Program-made: the position numbers and the translations under genes | Assembly (NCBI GenBank): GCA_025356665.1 | Contig: JANXRV010000094.1 | Location: 6,265 to 70,264 of the forward strand | Reading direction: 5' to 3' | Length of the DNA stretch: 64,000 bases | Source: Pseudomonadota bacterium | GTDB taxonomy: Bacteria > Pseudomonadota > Gammaproteobacteria > Burkholderiales > SG8-39 | In this document: piece by piece, positions 50,917 to 59,055 of the stretch | Layout: every line of letters begins with the position of its first letter | How positions within the stretch are numbered: the stretch's first letter is position 1 | Notes under the pieces: generated by a model | What the model saw: only the letters and a program-made list of their open reading frames with translations | Databases searched by the model: none | Told to the model about the DNA's origin: nothing

Positions 50917-52854
50917 CTAAGCGCCGGCAAGGCGTACGCGCAAGGCCCGCAGCGAGCCCAGAATCAGCCGTCCCACCGAACTTTCTTCCGCCGTCACTTT
51001 TTCCACGCTGTCAGGCTTGTCAACCTTCTGTTGCAGCAGCAACTTGGGCTGCGCCTTGTATTTCTGGAATTGCGCCATCGCGGCGGCAACGTGCTGCTGC
51101 AAGGTCGGCAGCTTCAACGGTTTGTTCAGGAAGCGGAAAATCTGCGCCTGGTTGATCAACTCGATCACCAGATCCGAGTCCGAGGCGGCGGTCATCGCGA
51201 TGGTAAGAATCTGCGGATGTTCGCGCTTGAGCATCTTGAACAGCGTACGGTTGTCCTGCTGGCTGCCCTCGATGTCGGCCACAAGGACGGCGACCGATTC
51301 GTCGCGCAATACGTCGAGCGCACTCAGCAGGTCCGGCGCGTGCAGTATGCGATATTGCGTTCCAAACAAGTCGCGCGCGGCCAGATAGATTTCCCGGTCG
51401 TCATCAACGATCAGCACCGCCTCGCCGGGCTTCGCGCCGCCAACCACCGCCGCCGGCGCGTCCTCGAGCGCAAGGCCGATTGCCGCCGCGTCCGACAGCA
51501 GGGTACGGATTTCAGCCGTGTTCCAAGGCTTGTTGGCAAAGCGGTAGACCTCGCCTTCGTTGATCGAACCGATGATTGCCGCCAGATCGGAGTATCCGGT
51601 CAGCAGGATGCGCACGGTATTGGGCGAGGTCATCTTCGCCTTGGAGAGCAGCTCGGTGCCATTCATGTTGGGCATGCGCTGGTCGCTAACCAGGACGTGA
51701 AAATGCCGCTCCTTGAGCCACACCAGCGCCTGTGCCGCATCGGTCGTGACGTGCACGTCGTAATGCTGCTTGAACAGCAGCTTGAGCGCCGAAAGAATGC
51801 GCTCGTCGTCGTCGACAAACAGCACGCTGGGACGCACCGTCTGCGCGCCTGCCGCGACACCGGGCAGGGTGGTGCGCGCAGCAGAGGTGTCGATCTTGCG
51901 TGTCACCGAGGTAAAGTCGATTTTGCGTATCGCCCCCGGCGTCATCACCGTACGCAGCGGCAGCGGCGTCATATGCGTCATATGCGTCAGCTGCACGGTC
52001 TGATCCGGATCGGCGATGCCATCCCAGATCTCGCCGTCAAAAGCCGCATCCATGGCCCTGGCAAAAGCCTCCGCGTCAATGAACCGATCGACTGATTTGA
52101 CCGCCAGCGCCTTGAGCAACACCGCGTCGAACGCGCTGTGCAAATCAGGATTAACCTCGCTCGGCGGCACCGGCGGCGTATGCAGCACCGCGTGCATAAG
52201 CGCGCCGAGCGAGTCGCCGATGAACGGCTTGCGTCCGGTCAGCAATTCATACAGGGCGACACCGGCGGAAAAAATGTCCGCGCGGGCGTCGATGGCCTGC
52301 CCCTGAAACTGCTCGGGCGACATGTAACTGGGGGTGCCCAGGACCGTACCCATCTGCGTCAGTTTTAACGAGTCGATCTGGGCGATGCCAAAGTCGGACA
52401 CCTTGACGCGCCAATCGGTCGTCATCATCAGATTGGAGGGCTTGATATCACGGTGCACCACGCCTTGGCCGTGCGCAAAAAACAGCGCCCCCAGGATCTG
52501 CCCGACCAGCGGACGCGCCCGGTCGGCGGCCAGCGGCACGCCCGGCGTGAGGTATTCGTTCAGCCCGCGCCCGTCGACGAACTCCATGGCGATGTAGGCA
52601 TGCTCGCCATCTTCACCGTACTCGTACACGCTGACTATGTTCGGGTGCAGCAGCCGGCCGGCCGCCTGCGCTTCCCGCTTGAAACGATCGAGCAGGTCCT
52701 GCGCTTCGGCCGGATCGAGCAGGCGCTTGATCACCGTCTTTAGCGCCACCGGGCGCTGGATTACCGGGTCGAGGGCGCGGTAGACGACGCCCATGCCGCC
52801 GCGGCCCAACTCGCGCTCGATGGTGTATTTGCCGATTTTTTGCGGGAGGGTCAT
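50917..52854 (-). CDS. Hanks-type Ser/Thr protein kinase fused to two receiver (REC) domains
   Basis: Kinase motifs GRGGMGVVY, ALK, HRDIKPSN, DFGIA and SPEQ. REC1 has FVDDDERIL...VLVSDQRMP...LLTGY...NKPW. REC2 has IVDDDREIY...VLVADIEG...AMTAAS...NKPL. The start overlaps the upstream kinase stop (ATGA). Confidence 0.85.
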   Translation of the reverse strand: MTLPQKIGKYTIERELGRGGMGVVYRALDPVIQRPVALKTVIKRLLDPAEAQDLLDRFKREAQAAGRLLHPNIVSVYEYGEDGEHAYIAMEFVDGRGLNEYLTPGVPLAADRARPLVGQILGALFFAHGQGVVHRDIKPSNLMMTTDWRVKVSDFGIAQIDSLKLTQMGTVLGTPSYMSPEQFQGQAIDARADIFSAGVALYELLTGRKPFIGDSLGALMHAVLHTPPVPPSEVNPDLHSAFDAVLLKALAVKSVDRFIDAEAFARAMDAAFDGEIWDGIADPDQTVQLTHMTHMTPLPLRTVMTPGAIRKIDFTSVTRKIDTSAARTTLPGVAAGAQTVRPSVLFVDDDERILSALKLLFKQHYDVHVTTDAAQALVWLKERHFHVLVSDQRMPNMNGTELLSKAKMTSPNTVRILLTGYSDLAAIIGSINEGEVYRFANKPWNTAEIRTLLSDAAAIGLALEDAPAAVVGGAKPGEAVLIVDDDREIYLAARDLFGTQYRILHAPDLLSALDVLRDESVAVLVADIEGSQQDNRTLFKMLKREHPQILTIAMTAASDSDLVIELINQAQIFRFLNKPLKLPTLQQHVAAAMAQFQKYKAQPKLLLQQKVDKPDSVEKVTAEESSVGRLILGSLRALRVRLAGA

Positions 52855-54704
52855 GCGGCGAGCTGCACGGTTTTCGCCAGCTCGGCCTGCTGCGTGACAT
52901 CGGCGGGCAGCGTGATGGTAAAGCGCGTCCCCCGTCCGATCACCGAATCCACTTCAATACGGCCGCTGTGCTCGGCAATGATCTTGTAGGCAATCGACAA
53001 TCCCAGTCCGGTACCTTCGCCGACTTTTTTGGTCGTAAAGAACGGGTCGAATATTTTTGGCAACACCTCCGCGGGTATGCCGCTGCCGTTATCCTCTATT
53101 TCGACGCATACGCTGGCACCACGCAGCACCGTGCGCAGCGTAATGACGCCGTTGTCCCCGGTTGCCTGCGCTGCATTGGAGATCAGGTTGAGGAACACCT
53201 GGTTGATCTGCGACGGGGAGCCGGTGATGTGCGCATACGGCGCGAGTTCTTTCTTGATAATTTTGGTCTTGACCAGGTTCTTGGCAATGACCAGCGTGCT
53301 CTCAAGGCCTTCATTGAGGTCGAATCGCGCGGTTTTGGCGCGATCCGGGCGGCTGAAGTTTTTCAGGTTGAGCACGATTTCCGAAATCTGGTCGATGCCG
53401 TACAAGCCGTCCTTTACCAGGTTCGAAAGTTCGGCGGCGCCGTGGCCCTGCTCCGCTGCAAGGCAAAGATCCCGAACGCGCGCAAACTGCGCGGAAATCC
53501 TGTCCTCGGACGCCTCGCCCGAACTGAGCAGATCAAGCAGTTGGCGCGTTTCGACAGCCATCTCGGAGGCGTGCGGCAGTTGCTCTTCCAGCACCTCAAG
53601 CCCGCTGCGCACGTAGGCCAGCGGCGTATTGATTTCATGCGCCACCCCGGCAATCATCTGTCCGAGGGAGGACATTTTTTCCGACTGGATGAGCGCGCTC
53701 TCCGAGTCCTTGAGGTGCTGCAGCGCGTCAGCCAGTTCCGTCGTGCGCTCGGTCACGCGATGCTCAAGATTCTCGTTGACCGACGCAAGCTCGGCGTTCT
53801 TTCTCTGGATGAGCTGGTAACTGTGCGCCAGCCGCCAGGCCAGCCAGACCATCAGCGCGAGCACAATCGCCGAATAACCGATCAACAACGTACGGTAAAA
53901 GTTCGTCGCCTCGGTTATCTGCTGCTTTTCCGACTCGAGCGCCCGCTCAAGCGCGACCAGGCGCTGCTGCGTCGGCAGCGCGGCAATCTCGTTGAGGATG
54001 CCGTCTTCGATGGCTTTTTGCTTTTGCACGCTGCGAAACTTCTCTATCAGCGCGGTTACCGTGGGTCCGACATCGCCCGGAGAGGCGGCGACCTTGCCGC
54101 CAAGGTCGTTCAGGCTCGAATCAATGCGCGGCAACGCCGATGCGTCGTTGAGAAGGTTGTACTTGAGCGTTTCGGTGAGCAACTCGTTGATGCGCAGCCC
54201 GAGCGTGGAATACGACTCGGCCATTTGCACGCCCTTGGGGCCCTTTACCTGCGCCGCGTCACTCTGCAGTTCGCGCAATTGGGCCAAAAACTCCTGGCTC
54301 TCGTCGGTAACAAAGCGCAGCGACTCCTTGAGAATCTTGTTTTGTTCAGCAAAGCGCGTGGTGACCGCCTTTTTCTGTGCAAATACTTCAGCCAACCCGG
54401 CGGCGCCGTCGACCGCAGCGGACAACCCAAGGGCAGCGGCCGCCGCGCTCAGCTTGACGGTGGATTCGCGCACCCGATCAGCCGGCGCCTGGCCGGCGGC
54501 GTAGTTGCGGTTGATACCGGTCTTGGCACGCAGGGAATCAACCGTCCATTCCGCATCGAGGGCCTCCAACTCGCGCAAGTCGGCAATGAGCGCATCTTCG
54601 CGCAGGAATTGGGTGGCCTGGGTCTTGGCATAAAGAAACCAGAGCACTCCGGCAAGCGCCAGGACGAGGCCGAAAGTCGCCAGTTGGCGAAGTTTTTTCA
54701 TCAC
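52851..54704 (-). CDS. Membrane sensor histidine kinase with a large helical extracytoplasmic domain
   Basis: TM1 (FGLVLALAGVLWFLY), then ~270 aa rich in Ala/Leu/Glu/Gln, then TM2 (LLIGYSAIVLALMVWLAW). A coiled coil follows, then the H-box AGVAHEINTPLAYV and ATPase motifs (NLISNA, DNGSGIP, GTGLGLS). The GTG at 54704 is followed immediately by the ATG at 54701. Confidence 0.85.
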   Translation of the reverse strand: MMKKLRQLATFGLVLALAGVLWFLYAKTQATQFLREDALIADLRELEALDAEWTVDSLRAKTGINRNYAAGQAPADRVRESTVKLSAAAAALGLSAAVDGAAGLAEVFAQKKAVTTRFAEQNKILKESLRFVTDESQEFLAQLRELQSDAAQVKGPKGVQMAESYSTLGLRINELLTETLKYNLLNDASALPRIDSSLNDLGGKVAASPGDVGPTVTALIEKFRSVQKQKAIEDGILNEIAALPTQQRLVALERALESEKQQITEATNFYRTLLIGYSAIVLALMVWLAWRLAHSYQLIQRKNAELASVNENLEHRVTERTTELADALQHLKDSESALIQSEKMSSLGQMIAGVAHEINTPLAYVRSGLEVLEEQLPHASEMAVETRQLLDLLSSGEASEDRISAQFARVRDLCLAAEQGHGAAELSNLVKDGLYGIDQISEIVLNLKNFSRPDRAKTARFDLNEGLESTLVIAKNLVKTKIIKKELAPYAHITGSPSQINQVFLNLISNAAQATGDNGVITLRTVLRGASVCVEIEDNGSGIPAEVLPKIFDPFFTTKKVGEGTGLGLSIAYKIIAEHSGRIEVDSVIGRGTRFTITLPADVTQQAELAKTVQLAA

Positions 54705-54766
54705 GCTCCCTTTTTATGGCGCTCCCGCCACCGGCCGCCACGGCCGGGGGAACGGGGGCGAGTGAA

Positions 54767-55051
54767 TCAGGACTTGGGAGCAGGCGCCGAGGCCGGGGTC
54801 GCCGCAGCCAGTTTACCGCCGACTTTCAGGCAGGTTCCTTTGGCGACATAAGACCATTCGTCGGGAGCATTATCGGTTTTGGAGTAACCGGCACAGGCGT
54901 GCACCGAATTGGCGCACGAATTTTTACCGGCCTTGGATACACCGAAACATTTTTCCTTGGCGGCTTTGTCATCGGCCGCAGAGGCGGCAGAAACAACACC
55001 GAGGGCAAGAAAACCGGCAAGGGCGGAACGGATGATCAGATTGTGGTTCAT
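54767..55051 (-). CDS. Secreted DUF2282-type Cys-rich peptide (bufferin BufA1-like precursor)
   Basis: A Sec signal peptide ([25 protein letters not shown]) is followed by [47 protein letters not shown]. This is the four-Cys DUF2282 signature. RBS AAGGAA lies 8 nt upstream. Confidence 0.7.
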   Translation of the reverse strand: MNHNLIIRSALAGFLALGVVSAASAADDKAAKEKCFGVSKAGKNSCANSVHACAGYSKTDNAPDEWSYVAKGTCLKVGGKLAAATPASAPAPKS

Positions 55052-55188
55052 GGCTTTGGATTCCTTATTCGAGGACGAGGACGAGCTTGGTCAAGGATGA
55101 TTCCGACTTCTGACCGTTGGTCGCATCCGGCCGCCATGCATTACAAAACTTTATAAAAATAGAAATTTTTATTTCTGAATAACCACTT

Positions 55189-55210
55189 GTGCGTCAAATG
55201 TGCGTCAAAT
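55189..55210. repeat. Perfect 11-bp tandem duplication (GTGCGTCAAAT x2)
   Basis: 55189-55199 equals 55200-55210. On the minus strand this reads ATTTGACGCAC x2, i.e. two TTGACG hexamers one helical turn apart, ~140-160 nt upstream of the DUF2282 gene. Confidence 0.7.
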
Positions 55211-55281
55211 GACGCTTCGCACCGGGAGACCGGTGGCCATTGGCCGTGCCTGACAATGGGCGGGATGGGGCGGTGCTACCC

Positions 55282-56166
55282 CTATAAACACTCGAAGGTG
55301 ATGGCGTCAGCCGCACCGCTACCCGGAACGCCCAGGCTGACGCTGCCACTGGCGCGCAACAGCACCGAATCGCGGCGGATCATGAGTTCCTGCTCCGACC
55401 CGATTGATACATAAGTGCCGTTGGTCGAATCGTCCACAAGAAAGAACTGCACGCCCCTGCGCTCTATCCGCGCGTGCTTGCGCGAGGCCGTTTTTTCGTG
55501 AATCACCAGTTCGCAGCCCTTGTCGCGCCCCAGCCACAGCGCCGCCTTGTCCGGGGGAAACTCCATGCCCGCGCCGCCATGCGTCAGCTTGAGCCGGCCC
55601 TGCGCCTGCGGCCCGCGTACCGGTCGGAACACCTGCGTTGATTCCAGATCGTCCTCCCAGACAACCTCGAAAATGCGCAACGCGTCCTGCTTGCCCTTGA
55701 CGTTAAGGGCGTCAAGGTCGCGGGTCGCTGCACGCAATTCCGGCCCAAGGGCATCTACGCTGGCGCCACTGGTGAGGATCTGCCTGCGGCGGGCGAGGCC
55801 GGCCAGCCGCGCCGCCGTATTCACCCCGTCGCCCCAGAAGTCGTTCTTGTCTTCAAGGACCTGGCCGTAGTGAAAGCCGATCTTGATCGCGAGGCTCACG
55901 CCCCCGGTGATTGGCAGCCCGTCCACCGCTGCCTGCATCGCCTTGGCCGCCTCACAGGCCGCATCTGCGCTGGGAAAGGCCGCCATAATCTCATCGCCGA
56001 TGGTCTTGACCACCGCTCCCTGCCAGAGCGACACGTGCCTTGCGAGAACCTCAAGACAGGCGTCGATGGCCTGCGCCGCCGGTTTGTCGCCCAGCAATTC
56101 GTACAACGCGGTGCTGTCAGTGACGTCAGCGAACAAAATCGCGCGCTGTTTGGAGACAAGCGTCAT
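55282..56166 (-). CDS. Class III adenylate/guanylate cyclase fused to a C-terminal FHA domain
   Basis: Cyclase motifs FADVTDSTALYE, KTIGDEIMAAF and WGDGVNTAARL. FHA motifs GRDKGCELVI...SRKHARI...DDSTNGTYV. Confidence 0.85.
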   Translation of the reverse strand: MTLVSKQRAILFADVTDSTALYELLGDKPAAQAIDACLEVLARHVSLWQGAVVKTIGDEIMAAFPSADAACEAAKAMQAAVDGLPITGGVSLAIKIGFHYGQVLEDKNDFWGDGVNTAARLAGLARRRQILTSGASVDALGPELRAATRDLDALNVKGKQDALRIFEVVWEDDLESTQVFRPVRGPQAQGRLKLTHGGAGMEFPPDKAALWLGRDKGCELVIHEKTASRKHARIERRGVQFFLVDDSTNGTYVSIGSEQELMIRRDSVLLRASGSVSLGVPGSGAADAITFECL

Positions 56167-56235
56167 GATCTACTCAAATACAGTTGGCAAGGCAACCGGC
56201 ACATCAGCGAAAAAGTCTGCGGCGCTTTCCTTGTG

Positions 56236-56565
56236 CTATTTCATTTTTGAATAGGAGGTCGGCGCGAGCATGGAGTTTTCCACGCGCACAACGATCTGGC
56301 CGTCTTCCTCGGTTTTGGCACGCGCCTTGTGCCAGGCCGGATCGGCCGCAAACTTGTTCCACTTTTCCTCGCGCTCGGCGAGGCTCTTCCATTCAAGGAT
56401 GTAAGTCAGCTTGTTGTTGCAGTTGTCGCCGATGTAGTCGGTGAAAAACCCGACCTGGCGGATGCCGTGCTTTTTCCACATCTTGAGCGTGACATTGGCA
56501 AAGCGCGCGTTAAGCGCGGCCAGGCGGCCCGGAAGGGTATGGTAGATGCGCATTTCATAAATCAT
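56236..56565 (-). CDS. NIPSNAP-family protein
   Basis: 109 aa. MIYEMRIYHTLPGRLAALNARF...W...GIRQVGFF... is the typical NIPSNAP dimeric alpha-beta-barrel pattern. Confidence 0.7.
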   Translation of the reverse strand: MIYEMRIYHTLPGRLAALNARFANVTLKMWKKHGIRQVGFFTDYIGDNCNNKLTYILEWKSLAEREEKWNKFAADPAWHKARAKTEEDGQIVVRVENSMLAPTSYSKMK

Positions 56566-56742
56566 GACGGGCTTTCCTATAGCGGTGTGGTGGGGATGCT
56601 CCGATTTCCGGGGCGTACATCAATCAATTGCAGCTGCGGCCTGCAAGTCTAGCGCAAGGCTTGGGTATGGTATGCCTAAAGTCACCGTCAGACCGGAGAC
56701 TCAATCCCCCGTTGCGCCGCAGCCGATGCACTAACATCAGGC

Positions 56743-57375
56743 ATGCGCCAAAAGCAGGAACCTCTCGCCATGCAACAAAGTCCCCGGTTCGCAGCCGCCG
56801 CCATGCGCCGCATCTTCTTGCTGATCACGCTCGTGTTGGTTTGCGCGCCGCAGGTCCGCGCCGACGCCATCGCCGATGCCGCGCGCAGCGGTGGGGTGGC
56901 CCTGTTGATGCGCCATGCCACCGCGCCGGGCACCTTTGATCCGGACGGCTTCCGGCTGAACGATTGCCCGACCCAGCGCAACCTTTCTGACGCCGGACGG
57001 GACGAGGCGCGGCGCATTGGCGCCCACCTGAAGAAACGCGGCATCATCCCCGGCGAAGTACTGACCAGCCAATGGTGCCGCTGCCGGGAAACCGCCACGC
57101 TGGCGTTTGGCGCGGCACGCGACTGGCCGGCGCTGAATTCATTCGTGAGCAACCGCGACAGCGAGGCGCAGCAGGTTGCCGAAGTGCTCGAACGCCTCGC
57201 CAGAATGAAACCGGGTGACAAGCCTCTGGCGTTGGTAACCCACCAAGTCATCGTAACGGGGGTCAGCGGCGTATATCCGGAATCGGGTGAGGTTATCGTG
57301 ATGACGGCCGCGCGCCAGGACGGCAAGGTAGTCGTGAAGGTAATCGGCAGCATCAAGCCGAACGAGGCGAAATAG
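56743..57375 (+). CDS. Histidine phosphatase (SixA/PGM-like) family protein, probably exported
   Basis: Signal-like MRRIFLLITLVLVCAPQVRA, then the RH catalytic motif LLMRHATAPG and LVTHQVIV. The start is uncertain (56743, 56770 or 56803). Confidence 0.7.
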   Translation: MRQKQEPLAMQQSPRFAAAAMRRIFLLITLVLVCAPQVRADAIADAARSGGVALLMRHATAPGTFDPDGFRLNDCPTQRNLSDAGRDEARRIGAHLKKRGIIPGEVLTSQWCRCRETATLAFGAARDWPALNSFVSNRDSEAQQVAEVLERLARMKPGDKPLALVTHQVIVTGVSGVYPESGEVIVMTAARQDGKVVVKVIGSIKPNEAK

Positions 57376-57492
57376 GCAAAGGTTTGCCCCCGATCAACAG
57401 GCGCGGCCAGCGCGAGAAAAGTTACCCGGTTTTCCCACTACAATGCCCCCACTTTCTCCAATCCGCAGCCCCACCTTGAAAGCGCATAGGCC

Positions 57493-58191
57493 ATGTTGAA
57501 GTACTACTACAACGCCTCACCCAACCCGATGAAGACCACCCTGATGCTCGAGGAGCTGGGTCTGCCCTATGAGGCGATCGCCATCGACACACGCAAGGGC
57601 GAGCAATTCTCCGCCGAATTGCTCAAGGTCAACCCTAACGCCAAGGTGCCCGCGATTGTGGACGGTACTGTTCGCGTGTTCGACAGCAACGCCATCCTGC
57701 TCTACCTCGGTGACAAGGAAAAACGCTTTGTCGCGCCGGTCAGCGACAACGCCGCGCGCGGCGAGATGCTGTCCTGGCTGATGTTTATCGCCACGGGCGT
57801 GGGCCCGTTCTCGGGGCAATCGGTCCACTTTCGCCATGCCGCCCCCGAGCCCAAGGAATACGCCCTCAACCGCTACGACTTCGAGGCGCACCGCCACTGG
57901 AAGATTGTCGAGGAGCGCCTCGGCGCTTCGCGCTACATGGCGGGCAAGGAATACTCGATCGTCGACATGGCCTGCTGGGGCTGGGCACGCATGATGCCCT
58001 ACGTGCTGGGCACCGGCGACGCCACCTGGGCCACCTACCCGAACATCAAGCGCCTGCTCGATGAAATCAACGCCCGCCCCGCCATGGCGCGCGTTGAAGC
58101 CCTGCGGACGCGCCAGGCATTCAAGGCCGAAATGGACGACGAGGCCAAGCGCTTCCTGTTCCCGCAAAACAGCCGGCTGAAGAAGGGCTAA
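57493..58191 (+). CDS. Glutathione S-transferase family protein
   Basis: Thioredoxin-like N-domain (NPNAKVPAIVDG...VFDSNAILLYL) and a helical C-domain. 232 aa. Confidence 0.85.
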   Translation: MLKYYYNASPNPMKTTLMLEELGLPYEAIAIDTRKGEQFSAELLKVNPNAKVPAIVDGTVRVFDSNAILLYLGDKEKRFVAPVSDNAARGEMLSWLMFIATGVGPFSGQSVHFRHAAPEPKEYALNRYDFEAHRHWKIVEERLGASRYMAGKEYSIVDMACWGWARMMPYVLGTGDATWATYPNIKRLLDEINARPAMARVEALRTRQAFKAEMDDEAKRFLFPQNSRLKKG

Positions 58192-58226
58192 GCCAGCACG
58201 AATCGTCGCGCTCATCCGGAAATCGG

Positions 58227-58256
58227 CTGGAAACGCCCTCTGGCGCGGGTTTCGAG
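58227..58256. repeat. REP-like imperfect palindromic element, copy B (opposite orientation)
   Basis: CTGGAAACGCCCTCTGGCGCGGGTTTCGAG aligns with the reverse complement of copy A (GCTGGAAAGCGCCTACTGGCGTGGGTTTCCAGG). Confidence 0.45.
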
Positions 58257-58329
58257 GGGCTAAGCGGGCCGGCTTTCGTGGTCATGCGCGTGAAACCGAC
58301 GACGTCGCGACCCGTACTCGTCAGCCGGG

Positions 58330-58800
58330 TTATTTTTTCGCCGGCCGTTTTTTGTATTCCTCGATGTCTTTTTTCAGGTCACGATACTCCTCGCAACTCA
58401 GAAAACAGATCTTGTCGAGCGCGGCGAGGTGCTCCTCGGCCTTGGGCAGGTTGTTGACCAGCAGGTAGGCCTCGCCGACATACTCGTGCGCGCCCTTGTG
58501 CTTGGGGTCGAGGCGCAAGGCCTCAGCGTAACTCTTGAACGCGGCGTCCAGATTGTCCGACTTGCGGTAGGCATAGCCAAGATAATTGTGGATGTCGGCG
58601 TTGCCAGGGTCACGCGCCGCGGCCCGGCCAAAGTAATCGAGCGCGGACTTCCAGTTTTTTGACTCGATGGCTTTTTTCCCGGCGTCGTAGTCCGCGTCGC
58701 GCGCTACCGCCGCCGGCGGGTCCCCGGCCGCGAGCGCAACAGGTGCCGTCGGAGCGGCAAAAAACAAAAACAGCACGGCAATCAATAGCGTGGCTTTCAT
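58330..58800 (-). CDS. Secreted tetratricopeptide-repeat protein
   Basis: The ATG at 58800 gives MKATLLIAVLFLFFAAPTAPVALA, with AAGGAG upstream. TPR units follow (ALDYFGRAAARDPGNADIHNYLGYAYRKSDNLDAAFKSYAEALRLDP...). Confidence 0.75.
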   Translation of the reverse strand: MKATLLIAVLFLFFAAPTAPVALAAGDPPAAVARDADYDAGKKAIESKNWKSALDYFGRAAARDPGNADIHNYLGYAYRKSDNLDAAFKSYAEALRLDPKHKGAHEYVGEAYLLVNNLPKAEEHLAALDKICFLSCEEYRDLKKDIEEYKKRPAKK

Positions 58801-59055
58801 CGTCTGCTCCTTGGGGTGAATTGGCGGGCGGGCGCTCTGCGACAAGCCGGGGCGCGATGTCATTAACGACTACGATGCTAACACTCGGGCAGGACGCCCT
58901 ATTCCAAGCCCGCAGTGAATCCGGCGGGGATTACCTGTGGCGCTTCGGCTTGCTCCGCGCAATGACAATCCAGATCCAGCGCCAAATTCACCCTGCAATG
59001 GAACGCCCCCTTGCAGGACGCGGCCGACACGCCGAGGCCATGGCTTTCCGGCCTG

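Noticed and set aside
56167-56235. GGTTGCCTTGCC upstream of the cyclase-FHA gene as a sigma-54 element
   Set aside because: GG and GC are not at the required spacing. The 69-nt gap after the NIPSNAP gene shows no clear promoter signal either way.
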